Part shown: positions 45,467 to 55,435 of the stretch, one piece after another
Layout of the letters: each line of letters begins with the position of its first letter
Numbering within the stretch: position 1 is the first letter of the stretch
DNA from: a plasmid
DNA length: 58,679 nucleotides
Direction: 5' to 3' (one strand)
Sequence record: NC_009704.1
Notes under the pieces: generated by a model
What the model was told of the DNA's origin: nothing
What the model saw: the letters and a program-made list of their open reading frames with translations, nothing else
Databases searched by the model: none
Made by a program: the position numbers and the translations under genes

Positions 45467-47400
45467 AAAGCGATAACCTCCCCTTCTGTAAGGAGTAAGT
45501 TTCCTCTAATCTTGTCACTAAATTTTGGTTCAGGTACGGCAGCTCGGGCAGTAAAAATAGGGTCTTTGAAATAAAGAGGCTGCTTTCCATAAATAGTGGG
45601 ATAACCAGCCACATAGACCACCATATCCCCCGCATCTGTAATTTGCCCCTCAGCGTCTTTCTTCGGCCCAGGCATCCGTAAACACTCATCTACAGTCAGT
45701 AATGGCCGCTGTACTTCCTGTATTGTCCTTGATACCTGCCCTAACATTGCACTCGCTCTTCTACCACTGGTAGTAATCTGCTCTTTTACAACAGTGGCTT
45801 GGCCAGTTAATTTAGATAGGTGTTCCGCTGTTTCAACTCGGTTTGGTGGGTAGGCATTTTGTACATGACAGTTAGAAGTGATCGTTTCATCAGGGCCATA
45901 ACCTGTTTCACGGCTTTTTAATTGGTTAATGTCTTGGCAAATAAGATATAGCTTAATCCCATAACCTGCGACAAATGCCAACGACTCTTGCAAAATTTCA
46001 AGCTTACCCAAGCTAGGAAACTCATCAATCATTCCCAATAGCCGGTGCTTATATGTTTTTTTAGAACGAATGTATGATAGAGCGGGTTGTTTGAAACCAA
46101 ATTTTGCCAAAATCTGACGCCAGCGAGGAACCTTTTGTTGTACTCTCTCAAACTCCATTTTGTCTGCTAACAGTCTAAAGATCATATTAGTCATGACACG
46201 GACAAGTGGCCTGAGACGGGCCTTATCGTTTGGTTGGGTAACAATATAAAGGCTGACTGGATCATCGTGATTCATTAAGTCTTTGATGCAGAAATCAGAT
46301 GAACTTACATTACGGGCAACCACTGGATCACGATAAAGAGATAGATATGACTTGGCCGAAGATAGTACCGAACCGGCTTCATCATCGGGCCTATCCATCA
46401 TATCCCGAGCCGATGAACCCACTACAGGGTGATTTTCGCCATTTACATGCCCATACTGAGACATTTCCATCCATAGCTCAGCAATGTCCTTATTAGGGTC
46501 TGATAGCATTCGATCAATGTATGGCAAGGTGGCCGGTGTACCCTCCTCTTTGGCTTTATAAAGAGCATGGAGTATCAAACCTACAATCAGAGCTTGGGAT
46601 GTTTTCTGCCAGTGGTCATTCAGACCTTTACCATCAGGATCTACAATCAATGTCGATAGGTTTTGTACATCCCCGACTTCATATTCCGTTGCTATACGTA
46701 TTTCATCTAACGGGTTCCATCGAGCAGAGCCGTTTAACGTTGCAGGTTCGAAACGGATAGTTTTATTTTTGGCGTACTCTTTTCGCCATCCGGCAGTCAT
46801 GGCCCATAATTCCCCCTTTAAATCAGTGATAACTGCACTGTGTGGCCATGATAATAAGGTTGGGACAACCAGACCGACGCCTTTACCTGAACGTGTAGGG
46901 GCGTAAGTAAGGATATGTTCTGGCCCGTTGTGACGAAGATAATGCAGCTTCCCTTTATCGTCCTCCCAAGCCCCAACATAAACACCTTCATTGTTCCCTA
47001 ATAATCCGGCCTCTAATATGTCCTTCTTTTCTGCATAACGTGCCGAACCATGTAAATGCTCATTCGCTTTTGAAGAATGAGAAGAAATCATTTTTATCAA
47101 AGCGCATCCAATTAGCCCTGCGGCTCCAACCATCGTTCCTACGCTGCCAGCGGTAGTAAAATAAGTGGGATATATGTCATGCCACTTATCCCACCATGTA
47201 TAAATGGCCCAGGGTGGATATATTTGATTGAGGTTGGAACCTAAAACACTTTGGTAATTAAATGCGTAAGCGAAATACTGAGTTGCTGCCTGTACCCCTG
47301 CGGCCAATGAAGTTATAGCCAGCATAGGAACCAACTTACTTTTTTTGGTTCGACTGGCTTTAGTCTGAGGGCCAACAGCACTATTAGATTTTGTTGTCAT
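45463..47400 (-). CDS. traG: TraG type IV coupling protein (VirD4 family)
   Basis: 645 aa. N-terminal TM helices. Walker A YAPTRSGKGVG. Confidence 0.9.
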   Translation of the reverse strand: MTTKSNSAVGPQTKASRTKKSKLVPMLAITSLAAGVQAATQYFAYAFNYQSVLGSNLNQIYPPWAIYTWWDKWHDIYPTYFTTAGSVGTMVGAAGLIGCALIKMISSHSSKANEHLHGSARYAEKKDILEAGLLGNNEGVYVGAWEDDKGKLHYLRHNGPEHILTYAPTRSGKGVGLVVPTLLSWPHSAVITDLKGELWAMTAGWRKEYAKNKTIRFEPATLNGSARWNPLDEIRIATEYEVGDVQNLSTLIVDPDGKGLNDHWQKTSQALIVGLILHALYKAKEEGTPATLPYIDRMLSDPNKDIAELWMEMSQYGHVNGENHPVVGSSARDMMDRPDDEAGSVLSSAKSYLSLYRDPVVARNVSSSDFCIKDLMNHDDPVSLYIVTQPNDKARLRPLVRVMTNMIFRLLADKMEFERVQQKVPRWRQILAKFGFKQPALSYIRSKKTYKHRLLGMIDEFPSLGKLEILQESLAFVAGYGIKLYLICQDINQLKSRETGYGPDETITSNCHVQNAYPPNRVETAEHLSKLTGQATVVKEQITTSGRRASAMLGQVSRTIQEVQRPLLTVDECLRMPGPKKDAEGQITDAGDMVVYVAGYPTIYGKQPLYFKDPIFTARAAVPEPKFSDKIRGNLLLTEGEVIAL

Positions 47401-50018
47401 CTGCTACGTCCTTTCGTTTTGATCACACCCTTTTCAGTAACAATCACTTCATCACCAATAGACAGGCGCTTTAAGCGACGAACAGTTGCAGCCTCAACCG
47501 GCATAACTATTACGTGATCGTCGCATTTCAAAAGAGCTAAGCTTTCGCTATCAATTTGACGAATCCCAGCGAAACTCGCGCCCCCTTTATAATCATTATA
47601 TCGATAATGTTTCACTATATCGAATCCTTTACCACGTTTTGCCTCTCGCTCATTGACATATTTATCAGCGGCAACCTGACCAGTACTAAGAGTTGATATA
47701 ACCTTTTGGGGAATAAAATCAGCAAGTGGTGATTTATTTACTGGAGGCTGAATCTTTTTAACCCCTTGGGCCAACTCCACTTTTCGCAATTCAGACAAAC
47801 TGCGTAAACGGTTTTGGCTTAGAGGCGGTGGGGTAGTACCTACTCGGGCAACCAGTGGGCGTATTGCTTTTAGATCAAGTTCTAAATTATTTAACTGAGA
47901 TAAGTGTCTCCATTTGTTTTGGCTGTTAGGGGGCGGTGCTTTTCCAACACGCGCCACCTGTGGCCGTATATCTCGACTTTTATCATCGATAGAACGTCTT
48001 TTATGTATTACTCCTCTTGCCCTACGTACACCCCATCGCATCCCGTCATTTGATTTGGTTCCTTGTTGCTCCACGTTACTAGAAACATAACTCGGCAATA
48101 GCACTTCACTTCTGTTGGTGTGCTGAACCATATCGAGTTCAGACAGGTTTCGCAGGTTGTGGGTTTTTTCGGGCGGCGGTGTTCTTCCAACGCTTCTAGT
48201 GTAGGGCTTGATATCTCTGGCGTTTCTTCCTCCTGATTCTCTTTTTCGAATTGAGGCTCCTCTTGTTCCCCTTGTTGCAATTGTTCTAATGCTGCTTCTA
48301 TTTGTTGTTCTGCTGTCAGTTCTACTGTCATGTGTTTGCTCCTTAGTGGCTTGTTGGGACATAACAAATTGACGACGCAGCTCTAAATCTGTGTCGTCAA
48401 ATTTGATATTCAGTTTTGCTTTAACGGCGGCTTGAACTATTTTTTCTTTAAATTCATCACTGCCATTTACAGAAATATTTTCCCCGTAGCGCTTTATGGC
48501 CATATGTAAAGCGGCTTCCAGACCATCCTGAGAAGCCCCTCGGGAAACTTTGAGAGAATCACCATCATCTCTAATCGCAGAGTCACCAACACGATAGATA
48601 ACGGTTCCAGTTTTAGTAATGTTATCTGGGGTAATATCTGAAATGGGGGTCGAATTATTTTTGTCGGCTTGTTTGCCAGTAACTGTATTACCCTTTAATT
48701 TTTGACGAGATTCACGAGATCTCAACGCAGACAATGCTTCTTTGTTACCCTCGGTTGCATTCGACTTAAGCCAGTCAGCCCAGGCTTGTCGTCTACATTT
48801 TTCATATATAACTTTGCGTTCTTTTAGATATTCGGCTTTAGCTTTCTCTACATCTATCTTTACCGTTCTGCTCGTTAATGAATACAGAGCTTTTTTATTT
48901 ACACCCTTTCCATTTAATAGCTTTATTGCGGCCCTTTTTAATCTTCCAGTCCGTTTAGCGGCTTCTATAGCTCTATTTTTTTTATTTCTCGCAGCAACCC
49001 ATTGAGCTGTTCTAATAGCAGATACGTTGCTCTGTTCAGCTTTATATTTGGCGTACAACTCCGTTGTATTCGCTTTCATTCGTATAGGCTCTTTCTTATA
49101 TCGTGGCCCATTATCGATATCTATTGAGTCAATATTTCCTAAGCGATGAAAACGATGCCTACTGCGTGGCGGTGGCTGTTGGCCTACTTTTCCAACCCTT
49201 GGCCTTTTACTATGCCCAATGTTGTTTTTTGGTGATCTTTTATTCTGTGGTTGTGGCTTTTCAAACTTACCAAGTTTTACCTCTAATTTTCCTTTAGAAA
49301 TATCTCTGGATACCGAGCTTGCTTTGACAGCGATTCCTTGCTGGTCAGTTATGATCAAGCCATTACCACTCTCACGCAGTTCTAGCCCATTATTTTGAAT
49401 TACTTGGTGTAGCTCCCCCCAACTTTTACTATTGCGTATAGATTCCAAACATTCACGCTTAACCCAACTGAGCAAGCTTTCAACCCCTGCGTGATGCTCC
49501 ATATCATGGGCGCGGTTTTCTGCTCCAACTTTCTTTGCAGTATGATTAGTTTGCTGCAAGCCATGTTCTATTTCTAACTTTCCAGCGATATCACCAAATG
49601 TTGAATAGGCTCTATAAGGCTCATGTAATGTATGTTTTGATGGGTGGATTTTATTAATAGATATGTGGATATGAAGATTATCAGTATCGTGATGAACAGC
49701 GCTGACACGCTGATGCTCACCATAGCCAATTGAACTACAAACCCTGGCTTCAATATCTTTAAGAATATCTGCTGAAGGGCTTTCACCTGCCGGAAATGAA
49801 ATAAACAAATGATAAGTTTTATCTCCGGTCGCGCGTGTGTTTAATTTCTGCGTTGCCTGAATCTCATTTATAGCCCAATCAACATCCTCGCTATTACAGT
49901 TAGTGATATTGATATCACCAACTCTTTCCTGCTTTCCTTGCTCATTCGTTATGTATTTTGTTAGACCTGAATAGCTGCTTCGCTTGACAGATTTCATCGG
50001 AATATGGCGAATGATCAC
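47397..50018 (-). CDS. traI: TraI MobP-family relaxase
   Basis: N-terminus MIIRHIPMKS...LTKYITNEQGK...DKTYHLFISF...HQRVSAVHHDTDNLHIHISINKIHP is nearly colinear with RP4 TraI. GTG start. Confidence 0.9.
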   Translation of the reverse strand: MIIRHIPMKSVKRSSYSGLTKYITNEQGKQERVGDINITNCNSEDVDWAINEIQATQKLNTRATGDKTYHLFISFPAGESPSADILKDIEARVCSSIGYGEHQRVSAVHHDTDNLHIHISINKIHPSKHTLHEPYRAYSTFGDIAGKLEIEHGLQQTNHTAKKVGAENRAHDMEHHAGVESLLSWVKRECLESIRNSKSWGELHQVIQNNGLELRESGNGLIITDQQGIAVKASSVSRDISKGKLEVKLGKFEKPQPQNKRSPKNNIGHSKRPRVGKVGQQPPPRSRHRFHRLGNIDSIDIDNGPRYKKEPIRMKANTTELYAKYKAEQSNVSAIRTAQWVAARNKKNRAIEAAKRTGRLKRAAIKLLNGKGVNKKALYSLTSRTVKIDVEKAKAEYLKERKVIYEKCRRQAWADWLKSNATEGNKEALSALRSRESRQKLKGNTVTGKQADKNNSTPISDITPDNITKTGTVIYRVGDSAIRDDGDSLKVSRGASQDGLEAALHMAIKRYGENISVNGSDEFKEKIVQAAVKAKLNIKFDDTDLELRRQFVMSQQATKEQTHDSRTDSRTTNRSSIRTIATRGTRGASIRKRESGGRNARDIKPYTRSVGRTPPPEKTHNLRNLSELDMVQHTNRSEVLLPSYVSSNVEQQGTKSNDGMRWGVRRARGVIHKRRSIDDKSRDIRPQVARVGKAPPPNSQNKWRHLSQLNNLELDLKAIRPLVARVGTTPPPLSQNRLRSLSELRKVELAQGVKKIQPPVNKSPLADFIPQKVISTLSTGQVAADKYVNEREAKRGKGFDIVKHYRYNDYKGGASFAGIRQIDSESLALLKCDDHVIVMPVEAATVRRLKRLSIGDEVIVTEKGVIKTKGRSR
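48008..48367 (-). CDS. Nested out-of-frame ORF inside traI (possible TraH-like acidic protein)
   Basis: 119-aa acidic ORF embedded in traI, as traH is in RP4. Not otherwise verified. Confidence 0.3.
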   Translation of the reverse strand: MLCPNKPLRSKHMTVELTAEQQIEAALEQLQQGEQEEPQFEKENQEEETPEISSPTLEALEEHRRPKKPTTCETCLNSIWFSTPTEVKCYCRVMFLVTWSNKEPNQMTGCDGVYVGQEE

Positions 50019-50034
50019 GCTACACCCCCTAAAA

Positions 50035-50050
50035 TTTTAGCCGCTAAAAA
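50035..50050. promoter_or_regulatory. KorB operator (OB) 17 nt upstream of the traI start
   Basis: TTTTAGCCGCTAAAAA, in the intergenic region. Confidence 0.75.
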
Positions 50051-50055
50051 AAAGG

Positions 50056-50412
50056 TCATAGCTTTTTCACTACTTCAAACATGGCAGATTGTGTGTCACT
50101 AATACGGCATAAAAGAACTTCTATAGCTTTTGAATCCAAGCGAACTAAGCGCTCATCATTTGTTAGCCAGAGCTTTAATAACCCCCCAAGCCTACCTAAA
50201 TCGGCATTAATCTTTGAAAGCTCGATCACTTGATGCTGGTCAATAACACCATAAATGGTGTGACCTAAAGCAAGTCGCCTTAAATATTCAGCAATGCTTA
50301 AACCGGCAGCAGCAGCATTCGCTTTGATTAAAATTTCCTCATCAGGTAACACCGGCACTCTCAAGTGTCGCCCGTGTTTTCTTGTTATTTTTTTTCCTAC
50401 GGTGTCGATCAT
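50056..50412 (-). CDS. traJ: TraJ oriT-binding relaxosome protein
   Basis: C-terminal ...INADLGRLGGLLKLWLTNDERL nearly identical to RP4 TraJ. Confidence 0.8.
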   Translation of the reverse strand: MIDTVGKKITRKHGRHLRVPVLPDEEILIKANAAAAGLSIAEYLRRLALGHTIYGVIDQHQVIELSKINADLGRLGGLLKLWLTNDERLVRLDSKAIEVLLCRISDTQSAMFEVVKKL

Positions 50413-50526
50413 TTACCCCCTAACTCCCATTGAATTAAGCACTAAGGCGGCGGTAGCCAGCCAGCCTCGCAGAGCAAGATTCCCATTGAGTGCCGGAGGC
50501 GCGAATAAGGGAGAGTGAAGATAGAT

Positions 50527-50567
50527 AACCGGCTTGCCGGTTAGCTAACTTCACCTATCTTGCCCTG
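50527..50567 (+). other. oriT: inverted repeat AACCGG-cttg-CCGGTT plus nick region CTTCACCTATCTTG|CCCTG
   Basis: The nick region differs from RP4 oriT (CTTCACCTATCCTG|CCCGG) at 3 positions. Lies between divergent traJ and traK. Confidence 0.7.
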
Positions 50568-50745
50568 TTTTAACCCCGTTTAACGCCAAGAGAGTATTAC
50601 ACGAAACCAAGAAAATACTAAGATTTTTCATTATATCCGTTGCAAGACCACCTAAAACCAAGCAAAATCGGGTCTACGGTTATTTATTCTTGAATGTGTC
50701 TTGAATTCATCTTGATTTGGAAATTGGAATATTCGGTAAGGACAT

Positions 50746-51123
50746 ATGGCAAAGAGCCTTTCACAGCGTATAGCTGAGCGGCAAAAGCTTCTTTCACCCC
50801 TAGGTAGGGGGGGAGCTAATAGGGCTGAGTTTCTAGCACAAAGAGAGGACATTGCTGATGCATTACAGGATGGGTGGTCTATCAAGCAAATATGGGACAC
50901 GCTTTATGACGAGGGAAAAATTACCTTTAGCTATGACCCTTTTACCAAATACGTAAAAAATATCATCCGATCAAACAAACAACTCCCCGTCTTATCAGGA
51001 GTGCAGCAAGGGCAAATACCAGAGCAAAAACCTAAAGATGCTCAATCTCAAACACCAAAATCAATTTTCAGCACTGGCTTACCAAAGTTTCAACATAATC
51101 CAGGCGCGGACAACGACAACTAG
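50746..51123 (+). CDS. traK: TraK oriT-binding protein
   Basis: 125 aa. Motif FLAQREDIADALQDGWSIKQIWDTLYDEGKITFSY parallels RP4 TraK. Confidence 0.7.
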   Translation: MAKSLSQRIAERQKLLSPLGRGGANRAEFLAQREDIADALQDGWSIKQIWDTLYDEGKITFSYDPFTKYVKNIIRSNKQLPVLSGVQQGQIPEQKPKDAQSQTPKSIFSTGLPKFQHNPGADNDN

Positions 51124-51134
51124 GAATTAACATC

Positions 51135-51863
51135 GTGGCTAATATTCATATGGTTTTACAAGGTAAGGGTGGTGTTGGTAAATCTTTCATCTCATCCCTG
51201 ATTGCTCAATATATGGCAAGTAGTGGCCAGCTTCCTTTATGCGTCGATACAGATCCCGTTAACGCTTCATTTTTAGGATACAAGGCGTTGAAAGTACGGA
51301 GGCTTGAAATCATGGAAGGAGATGAAGTAAACACGCGAAACTTCGATGAGTTAGTGGAATGGATAGCAGAAACAAAAGTGGATATGGTTATCGATAATGG
51401 GGCCAGCTCATTTATTCCATTATCATCATATTTAGTTAGTAATGCTGTTCCTGGCTTATTGCAAGAAATGAGTCACCAATTAATTATCCATTCAGTGGTA
51501 ACAGGAGGGCAAGCCTTGCCAGAAACTTTGGCAGGTCTTGAGTCACTTGTTAAATGGTTCCCTGATGAAACTATATTTATAGTGTGGCTAAATCCATATT
51601 GGGGGCCAATTATCGATAACGGTAAAACCTTTGAGGAAATGCCTGTCTACGAAAAATATAAAGAACGCATTTCCGCGATTATTCATCTTCCAGAGTTGAA
51701 AGAGGAAACATACGGGAAAGACTTAACGGATATGCTTCAAGCTAGACTTACGTTTGATCAAGCATTGAAAATGAAAGATTTATCTATCATGACTCGCCAA
51801 CGACTTAAAATGATTCAGAAGTTAGTTTACAACCAGCTTGATTTGTTGGCGAAAGCCTCATGA
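51135..51863 (+). CDS. traL: TraL
   Basis: MVLQGKGGVGKS Walker A. Highly similar along its length to RP4 TraL. Confidence 0.85.
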   Translation: MANIHMVLQGKGGVGKSFISSLIAQYMASSGQLPLCVDTDPVNASFLGYKALKVRRLEIMEGDEVNTRNFDELVEWIAETKVDMVIDNGASSFIPLSSYLVSNAVPGLLQEMSHQLIIHSVVTGGQALPETLAGLESLVKWFPDETIFIVWLNPYWGPIIDNGKTFEEMPVYEKYKERISAIIHLPELKEETYGKDLTDMLQARLTFDQALKMKDLSIMTRQRLKMIQKLVYNQLDLLAKAS

Positions 51864-52300
51864 CAGATGAAATAGACGAATTAATAAAAGATATTGCATT
51901 AAAGAACGGGGTAGCTATTGACCGTGACGATCCAATAATGATTTTGCAAACTATGCAATTGCGATTTTTGGCTGGTAATAAAAAAGCACAGGTAGAAATG
52001 CTTGATGAGTTCAAAGAGGAGTTAGAAGGAGTGGCTTCTCGTTGGGGGCTTGAGTCAAAATCCTTGGCTGAAAAAATACTTAATAACTCACTTAAAGCCA
52101 GTAAAGAAACAATGGCTATTCAGTTACAAGAAAGTGTCCAGGCGACATCCAGGGCTGTAGGAAGTGAAATTGAAATTAAATTGGCTTGCTTGAATGAACC
52201 GGTTCAATGGGCCAAAAAGATAGCTATCTATAATTTAATTGCTTCACTTGTGACGTTTTTAACTGCATGTATGATTATTGTTTTTTTCTTATTCAAATAA
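51860..52300 (+). CDS. traM: TraM
   Basis: 146 aa with a C-terminal TM helix. Position after traL. Confidence 0.55.
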   Translation: MTDEIDELIKDIALKNGVAIDRDDPIMILQTMQLRFLAGNKKAQVEMLDEFKEELEGVASRWGLESKSLAEKILNNSLKASKETMAIQLQESVQATSRAVGSEIEIKLACLNEPVQWAKKIAIYNLIASLVTFLTACMIIVFFLFK

Positions 52301-52463
52301 TCTTAGTTTCTTGACTATCAATCATATTCTCCTTAAAGGGTAATTAGCCTGTGCCAATTACCCTTTTTATTTAATTCACACATATACGCGGAGGTAGTAA
52401 AAGCGGCGCGGATGCAAGACCGCAGCAAGCGCCCCGTACACAAAAGTATACGGGGCAAATATT

Positions 52464-53075
52464 TTACAAAGAAGAGGATGATTCCATGTTTTGATTAAGC
52501 GTTCGACCTTTACTTCTTGCCAAGTCCTGCTTTCTGTCTTGTTCTTTTTTTCTCAGCATTGCTTCATGACGGCGTTGTGCTTCTCTCATTTCATCCCAAT
52601 CCTGCGTCAACTCAGGATTTTCTATCCTCATCTTTCTTGTGGCCATTTCTTCAATTCTAGGTGAATGTAATCCCATGCTTTCTTTTATTTCACGAACGGT
52701 TTCAAGCCGTCCGTGTAAACGCTGTAAAGAACTCTGCTCTTGATGCAATAAAGATTGAAACTTAGCTTTTTTCCCTGGTAAAGCAAACAATCCTGGTTGG
52801 CGATTTGTGGCTTGTTGAATACGTGTTGATTGTTGTTCTATCAACACCTCTAATCGGTCTTCAATACGTTCAACTTGACCATGCTTCTGATCTATATAAG
52901 AGGCCAACATAGCCCCGTACTGTACTTCCAGTGACGATGATTCAAGTAATGCTTGTTGTTCACTATGAATTATTTCGGCTTCTTTTAACAAGCCATCATC
53001 AACAGTTTGCTCTTCTTTCAACCTGTGTTCTTTTTCCGCAGTAAAAATAGTATGTTTTTCATCAGTAATTCCCAT
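52464..53075 (-). CDS. Coiled-coil hypothetical protein under a KorB operator
   Basis: 203 aa, helical and Glu/Gln-rich. OB site 13 nt upstream of its start. Confidence 0.35.
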   Translation of the reverse strand: MGITDEKHTIFTAEKEHRLKEEQTVDDGLLKEAEIIHSEQQALLESSSLEVQYGAMLASYIDQKHGQVERIEDRLEVLIEQQSTRIQQATNRQPGLFALPGKKAKFQSLLHQEQSSLQRLHGRLETVREIKESMGLHSPRIEEMATRKMRIENPELTQDWDEMREAQRRHEAMLRKKEQDRKQDLARSKGRTLNQNMESSSSL

Positions 53076-53087
53076 AGGGATAGCTCC

Positions 53088-53104
53088 TTTTTAGCGGCTA
53101 AAAT
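53088..53104. promoter_or_regulatory. KorB operator (OB)
   Basis: TTTTTAGCGGCTAAAA between two minus-strand genes. Confidence 0.75.
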
Positions 53105-53105
53105 T

Positions 53106-53483
53106 CTATCGGGATATACTTCTACCTATTTTCTGCGCCACGCTCACTTCGGCCCGACCTTGCTCGTTGCTATAAGTAATAGTTTTTTCACTCCCGATAA
53201 CTGGTACTTTATCGAAATTCGAGCTATTATGCTTCACAAAGTTTTTCCCGATTTGCTGATAAACATTCTCTTTATCTTTATGAACGATAGTACCCGTATA
53301 ACTCTTTGATTTATCGGCTTGATTGGCTAAATAGATGTTGTACATTCCTGGTTTCAAATCACCAGCTTTATCTACTTTGTCGTTTTGCCAATCCCCTGCT
53401 GCTTTTTCGGTTTGAACAATTCGTTGACCATTCATAACAAGAAGACGCTGTTTCATTAGGGGTGACTCCTCACACCGATACAC
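53106..53483 (-). CDS. Hypothetical protein
   Basis: 125-aa ORF. The start may be at the internal MKQRL. Confidence 0.3.
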   Translation of the reverse strand: MYRCEESPLMKQRLLVMNGQRIVQTEKAAGDWQNDKVDKAGDLKPGMYNIYLANQADKSKSYTGTIVHKDKENVYQQIGKNFVKHNSSNFDKVPVIGSEKTITYSNEQGRAEVSVAQKIGRSISR

Positions 53484-53733
53484 ATTTTTTAATCCAACTT
53501 TTAATTTTATCTTAAGCAGCCTATTTTTATCAGTTATTTTTCAACATAGATGACGTTAGATTTTTTTCCCGTTCTATTGCCTCACTAATTTAAAACATCA
53601 CAAAAGCGCAATTAATGCGCTTAAAGCATATTATTTAATTGCTAAATAGGCGAAATTCGCCTATTATAATTATACGGGGGCAAGAGAAAGCCGCTCGTTC
53701 CTGAGATGGCTATGCCACCGATAAGGACGACGA

Positions 53734-54021
53734 TTGAAACTTTCAGATGTTGCTACCATCAAGACGAATTACCCAGAAGCGGATTTTTGGATAACTCGAC
53801 GAGGCTCTTTAAAAACCTGTGGTCAACCTACCTATGACTTCAATTCTGAACATATAGGGATCAGAGTAGAAAGAACCGATATTTTGCTCGCACGATATCT
53901 CTTCTACTGTATGGAGAACTTGCATAAGAACGGGAATTGGGAAAGGTTGGCTACAGGTAGCCTTGAATTGGTGAACATCCGAGTATCAGACGTTAGAGCA
54001 ATCGGTCTGAAACTGCGCTGA
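53734..54021 (+). CDS. Hypothetical protein resembling a fragment of a type I R-M HsdS target-recognition domain
   Basis: Pattern LSDVATIK...FWI....IGIRVERTDILLARYLFYCMEN...GSLELVNIRVSDV resembles the end of an HsdS target-recognition domain. Weak evidence. Confidence 0.25.
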   Translation: MKLSDVATIKTNYPEADFWITRRGSLKTCGQPTYDFNSEHIGIRVERTDILLARYLFYCMENLHKNGNWERLATGSLELVNIRVSDVRAIGLKLR

Positions 54022-54027
54022 AGATAA

Positions 54028-54047
54028 GGAGGGGGTTAACCCCCTCC
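54028..54047. terminator. Perfect 20-bp palindrome GGAGGGGGTTAACCCCCTCC
   Basis: Strong hairpin after the 53734 ORF. No obvious U-tract. Confidence 0.4.
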
Positions 54048-54308
54048 CTACAGCCTGATAAACGTTACAGCGCTTATCAGGTAGCGTCCAACTACTATGA
54101 GGATAGAGATATGACGCAGAACGTAAGTATTGCATTCGTGAGGCATTTGGTAAAGCGTAATGCCAAACGTAAACAAGTTAGAATTAGGGCAATGACTGGT
54201 ATTGAGTTAGATACGTTCTTACGAACTCTAGAACGCACTCATGGGTACGCCATCTAACTAACCCCTCCCCCGTCCCTGTGGCGGGGCTTTGACCATAAAG
54301 AGATAATT

Positions 54309-54728
54309 ATGAACATTGACCTGCCTAATATTGAAGAACAACGGAAAATGCTGTTTGCAGATAATGTCGAAAAAAGTTGTGCTGCACTAAGAAACAATCT
54401 TAACGCACCTCATTTCTCTGCTACGTCTGGTGTTGAAGTACAAACTTATGGTGATAAACATTTACGAACAGAGCAACAGGGCTGGGAAGTCCCTGCACCA
54501 GAGCTTATATATGCCTGGTTCGAACAATTCAAAGAGGTATTTCCTGAATATAATTCGGATAAAAAGCTAGCCGCTTTATTAGGCTTACACACAAGTGGAG
54601 ATCGCCGCATACGTTCATTTAAAAACGGTGAACAAAAAATTCCATATGGTGTTTGGCGAAAATTTTTAGTTCTAACAGGGCGGGTTAATCAAGAGATAAT
54701 TCCGGTCATGGGTTTTTTTAATGATTAA
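54309..54728 (+). CDS. Hypothetical protein
   Basis: 139-aa ORF. Confidence 0.3.
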   Translation: MNIDLPNIEEQRKMLFADNVEKSCAALRNNLNAPHFSATSGVEVQTYGDKHLRTEQQGWEVPAPELIYAWFEQFKEVFPEYNSDKKLAALLGLHTSGDRRIRSFKNGEQKIPYGVWRKFLVLTGRVNQEIIPVMGFFND

Positions 54729-54760
54729 TAAAGCGCATATTTTGCGCTTAAGGTTATTTT

Positions 54761-55000
54761 ATGAATGGATATGAACTAAGACTTTGGCGTAAAGGGCTTT
54801 CCTGGGAGCAAGAACGCGCAGCTGAAGAATTGGGTGTATCACGTAGAGCCTACCAATATTATGAAAAAAATGGGCCGCCTATGGTCGTTATTTTAGCAAC
54901 AAGAGCACTTAGCCTAAAAATGATGTGGCCAGAGATAAGTAAAACTCAACCCTTAACAGAAGAACTGCGTCTTATATCTACCCTGGTACCTAGAGTTTAA
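54761..55000 (+). CDS. Small HTH (XRE-like) protein
   Basis: Motif LSWEQERAAEELGVSRRAYQYYE. Preceded by the palindrome AAGCGCA-N5-TGCGCTT. Confidence 0.35.
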   Translation: MNGYELRLWRKGLSWEQERAAEELGVSRRAYQYYEKNGPPMVVILATRALSLKMMWPEISKTQPLTEELRLISTLVPRV

Positions 55001-55087
55001 ATCGCTATCAAAATAGCGACCGGCTAGCAGCTGCACCACTCAAGAAGCGCTAAAAAAAAGACGGACAAACAGAGTATAGGTAAAGAA

Positions 55088-55435
55088 TCAGCCAAGTGTC
55101 GTTATTCGCGCGGGGTCAGTACCAGATGAGCGGATCAACAATAAAACTTGGAGCCGACCATCTGGTTCGCCGCGCGAAACAAGATCAGCCCCAAACGGTT
55201 TTATGATGGCAAACACACCAGGTGCAACATCGTGGCACTTATTGATTTGTGGCCTATTTCCAATCGTTTCATGCAGTAGGTTCAACAGGTGCTGACGATC
55301 CCAGCGCATCGGAAACGGTGTTCCATATGGTAGCGCCCTTAGATGGGCAAGAGCCGTATCAATGTCAGTTTCACTGATCACCAATTTTTGCTTCTGACGT
55401 CCCAACATATCGTTCCAGGCTCCGTTACTCCCCAA
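55088..55435 (-). CDS. Hypothetical protein downstream of korB
   Basis: 115-aa ORF. Confidence 0.3.
   Translation of the reverse strand: MGSNGAWNDMLGRQKQKLVISETDIDTALAHLRALPYGTPFPMRWDRQHLLNLLHETIGNRPQINKCHDVAPGVFAIIKPFGADLVSRGEPDGRLQVLLLIRSSGTDPARITTLG

Noticed and set aside
50440-50460. GGCGGTAGCCAG near traJ was considered as an ops site.
   Set aside because: Positions 11-12 are AG rather than TG, and the site lies in the oriT/traK leader without an obvious RfaH connection.
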